From an uncultured Planctomycetaceae bacterium (GTDB taxonomy: Bacteria; Planctomycetota; Planctomycetia; Planctomycetales; Planctomycetaceae): a stretch of 64,000 nt of DNA. The translations under genes were made by a program, and so were the position numbers. The stretch lies in the NCBI GenBank assembly GCA_963815195.1, contig CAWFGE010000012.1, positions 832,001-896,000 of the forward strand, in the 5' to 3' direction. The notes under the pieces were generated by a model, which was not told where the DNA came from, searched no databases, and worked only from the letters and a program-made list of their open reading frames with translations. Positions 61,745 through 64,000 of this stretch are shown here, piece after piece (within the stretch, counting starts at the first letter, position 1; the number at the start of each line of letters is the position of its first letter).

Positions 61745-61970
61745 GCGGCCGGCGTGGGGGTCTTCCGTACCGGCGGCTTCCATGGGAGGCTGAATTGCGA
61801 GCCGTTCGGCGGCTTGAGCGTCCGGTTTCTCCCCTCTAAAAAACAAAACCGGGGCTAGCGCCCTGCGGCTAATGCGCTAATGCCGAGTGTGCAGAGTGAG
61901 TTGGCTCCGCACTGCCAGCCGTTTAGAATGCACCCCTCGATCTGGTCCTTTCCCCAAACACGAGTGCAAG

Positions 61971-62840
61971 ATGAAGCTGGCAACCCTCGAGACGAAGTTC
62001 GGCGAGCAAGTGGCCGGAGCGACGAACGAGCCCTCCCCTCGCTATGTGCCCTTGCATAAGGTCGATGATGCGCTGCCTGCGTCGATGATTGAACTCTTGG
62101 CGATGGAGGGCGGGCTCGCGCGGGCTCGGTCCGCGTTTCAAGCCGGGTTGGAAAAAGGGGAGTTTGTCGAAGGCCGGCTGCTGGCTCCGATCCCTCGGCC
62201 GGGAAAGGTGATCTGCATCGGCCTCAATTACCTCGACCACGCCAAGGAAAGCGGCGTCGATGCCCCCGCTGAGCCGGTGTGCTTCAGCAAATTCTCAAGC
62301 GCGGTGATCGGGCCGGAGTCGGCCATCGAACTGCCGCCCACCTCGCAGAAGGTGGACTACGAAGCCGAGCTGGTCGTGGTCATCGGCAAAGCCGGGCGGG
62401 ATATTCCTCTCGAAAAAGCCCAAGACCACGTGGCGGGCTATCTTAACGGGAACGATGTCTCCGCCCGCGACTGGCAGTTGGGCCGGCCTGGCGGACAATG
62501 GCTGCTCGGCAAGACGCCCGACACTTTCGCCCCCCTCGGCCCCTATTTGGTCACGGCCGATGAAATCCCCGATCCGGAATCGCTCGCCGTTCAGCTTCGG
62601 CTCAACGGCGAGACCATGCAAAACTCCAACACGAATCAATTGATCTTCGGCATCGACCGCTTGATCGCCCATCTGTCGGCTTTGGTGACGCTCTCGCCCG
62701 GCGATGTGATCTATACCGGAACGCCGCCCGGCGTGGGCATGGCCCGAAAGCCGCCCGTGTTCCTCAAACCGGGCGACATCGTCGAGGTCGAAATCGAAGG
62801 CCTGGGCGTCCTCAAAAACCCCGTCGTCGCCCGCCCTTGA
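61971..62840 (+). CDS. Fumarylacetoacetate hydrolase family protein
   Basis: KVICIGLNYLDH, DYEAEL, NDVSARDWQ, GKTPDTF, TGTPPGVG. Confidence 0.95.
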   Translation: MKLATLETKFGEQVAGATNEPSPRYVPLHKVDDALPASMIELLAMEGGLARARSAFQAGLEKGEFVEGRLLAPIPRPGKVICIGLNYLDHAKESGVDAPAEPVCFSKFSSAVIGPESAIELPPTSQKVDYEAELVVVIGKAGRDIPLEKAQDHVAGYLNGNDVSARDWQLGRPGGQWLLGKTPDTFAPLGPYLVTADEIPDPESLAVQLRLNGETMQNSNTNQLIFGIDRLIAHLSALVTLSPGDVIYTGTPPGVGMARKPPVFLKPGDIVEVEIEGLGVLKNPVVARP

Positions 62841-62882
62841 TTCACGGTCATCCCCCCTTTGCGGCCTGTGTGGCTTCTGCAA

Positions 62883-63704
62883 TCAATCCTTCCAACCCCG
62901 GCGTTGGACGCGGTAGTCGCCGGGGCTGTCGGTGCCGAATTCCCGGGCGGTGACCTCGGGCCGGATGTGATGGAGCAGCTTCAAGATCCACACGCCGCCC
63001 ATGCCCGCGACGAATCCGCCGATGTGAGCCCACCAGGCGACGCCGGCCGTGGGCTCGCCGACCACGCTGACCGTGCCTTGGAAGAACTGGATCGCAAACC
63101 AAATCCCGAGGAACAACGGCGCGGGCAGGACGACCGTGAAAAAGATGACAAACAGCGGCACGAGCGCGACCACTTTCGCCTTCGGGTAGAGCAGAAAATA
63201 GGCGCCCATCACGCCCGCGATGGCGCCGCTCGCGCCGATGGTCGGGATGGTGGAGTCGGCCGCGCTCGCGAGTTGGATTCCGCTGGCCGCCACGCCCCAG
63301 CCCAAGTAAAAGAGGGCATACTGCACGTGGCCGAAGCAGTCTTCCACATTGTCGCCGAAGATGAACAGGAACCACATGTTGCCCAAAATGTGCAGCCAGC
63401 CCCCGTGGAGAAAGATGCACGTCACCAGCGTGAGCCACGCCGGGACGGCGGCGGGGGCGGCGGGGCGTTTGAACTCCTCGATGCGGTCGCCCTCTTGCGT
63501 GTGGACGATCTTGCGGTCGGGGACTTCGATTTTCTCGCCGGGATGCGTCACGCGGGCGGGGATCAGCCCGTATTGCTCCACGTAGCTCGGTCGATCGTCG
63601 GGCCGGATCAATTGCAGAATGAACACGAAGCTCGTGATGGCGATGATGGCGTAATTCACCACCGGCGTCGTGCGCGAAGGGATGTTGTCGTGCAGCGGGA
63701 TCAT
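62883..63704 (-). CDS. Rhomboid family intramembrane serine protease
   Basis: FLHGGWLHILGNM, GASGAI, AWWAHIGGF. Confidence 0.95.
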   Translation of the reverse strand: MIPLHDNIPSRTTPVVNYAIIAITSFVFILQLIRPDDRPSYVEQYGLIPARVTHPGEKIEVPDRKIVHTQEGDRIEEFKRPAAPAAVPAWLTLVTCIFLHGGWLHILGNMWFLFIFGDNVEDCFGHVQYALFYLGWGVAASGIQLASAADSTIPTIGASGAIAGVMGAYFLLYPKAKVVALVPLFVIFFTVVLPAPLFLGIWFAIQFFQGTVSVVGEPTAGVAWWAHIGGFVAGMGGVWILKLLHHIRPEVTAREFGTDSPGDYRVQRRGWKD

Positions 63705-64000
63705 GGGCGAGGTTTCATGGTCGGATTGCGGACGGGTTCGGCCAGGGCTTCAAAATACCGCCGGGCCAGATCTTCGTATTTCGGGAGGTATTTGTCGCTG
63801 CTGAGGTTCCGCAGTTTCAGCCGAACCGAAGGCGGCAAATGGCCCCAGACGGCGTTCACCATGTCCGGCCGGGGGGCGAGATCGGCATTACCGCCCTTTG
63901 CGGGATTTCGGTGATCGCTCGTGGATTCCGTGGCGTCTTCGTTTTCCTGTTTGGTCCGCTGCGGTTGCTGCGATTCCTCGCCTTGGGCGTTCGCGGTCTT
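63701..64000 (-). CDS. 3' end of a hypothetical protein (runs off the window)
   Basis: Open frame ...VWGHLPPSVRLKL...YEDLARRYFEALAE..., with its stop overlapping the rhomboid ATG (ATGA). Confidence 0.65.
   Translation of the reverse strand, partial: KTANAQGEESQQPQRTKQENEDATESTSDHRNPAKGGNADLAPRPDMVNAVWGHLPPSVRLKLRNLSSDKYLPKYEDLARRYFEALAEPVRNPTMKPRP

Overview
High-GC bacterial chromosomal window, almost certainly from a Planctomycete. The supporting markers are a double-length UvrA, the fae-mtd C1 genes, a BamA with RGQS-containing inserts, sulfatases, an ECF/ZAS pair and several lineage-typical hypothetical proteins. It holds about 46 genes and no rRNA, tRNA, CRISPR array or intact transposase. 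Content is housekeeping, signalling and envelope genes: phosphohexomutase, isocitrate dehydrogenase, aminotransferase, BamA, a PspA operon, a heavy-metal RND cluster, a Ser/Thr kinase, HDOD, PP2C, a diadenylate cyclase and an archaeal-type topoisomerase VI A/B pair. About nine single-base frameshifts in otherwise intact genes most likely reflect sequencing or assembly indels. The most unusual observations are: (1) a TIR domain fused to a STAS anti-anti-sigma domain, near a GAF-PP2C phosphatase; (2) a ZAS anti-sigma factor ending in a CxxCH heme-c motif; (3) a modular REP-like repeat system whose units sit in frame inside UvrA three times, with a 22-nt hairpin module nested in different host repeats; (4) a four-helix-bundle gene cassette whose middle is replaced by a long palindromic repeat; (5) a candidate rod-shaped ncRNA. 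All family calls come from motif recognition by eye; no database search was run.
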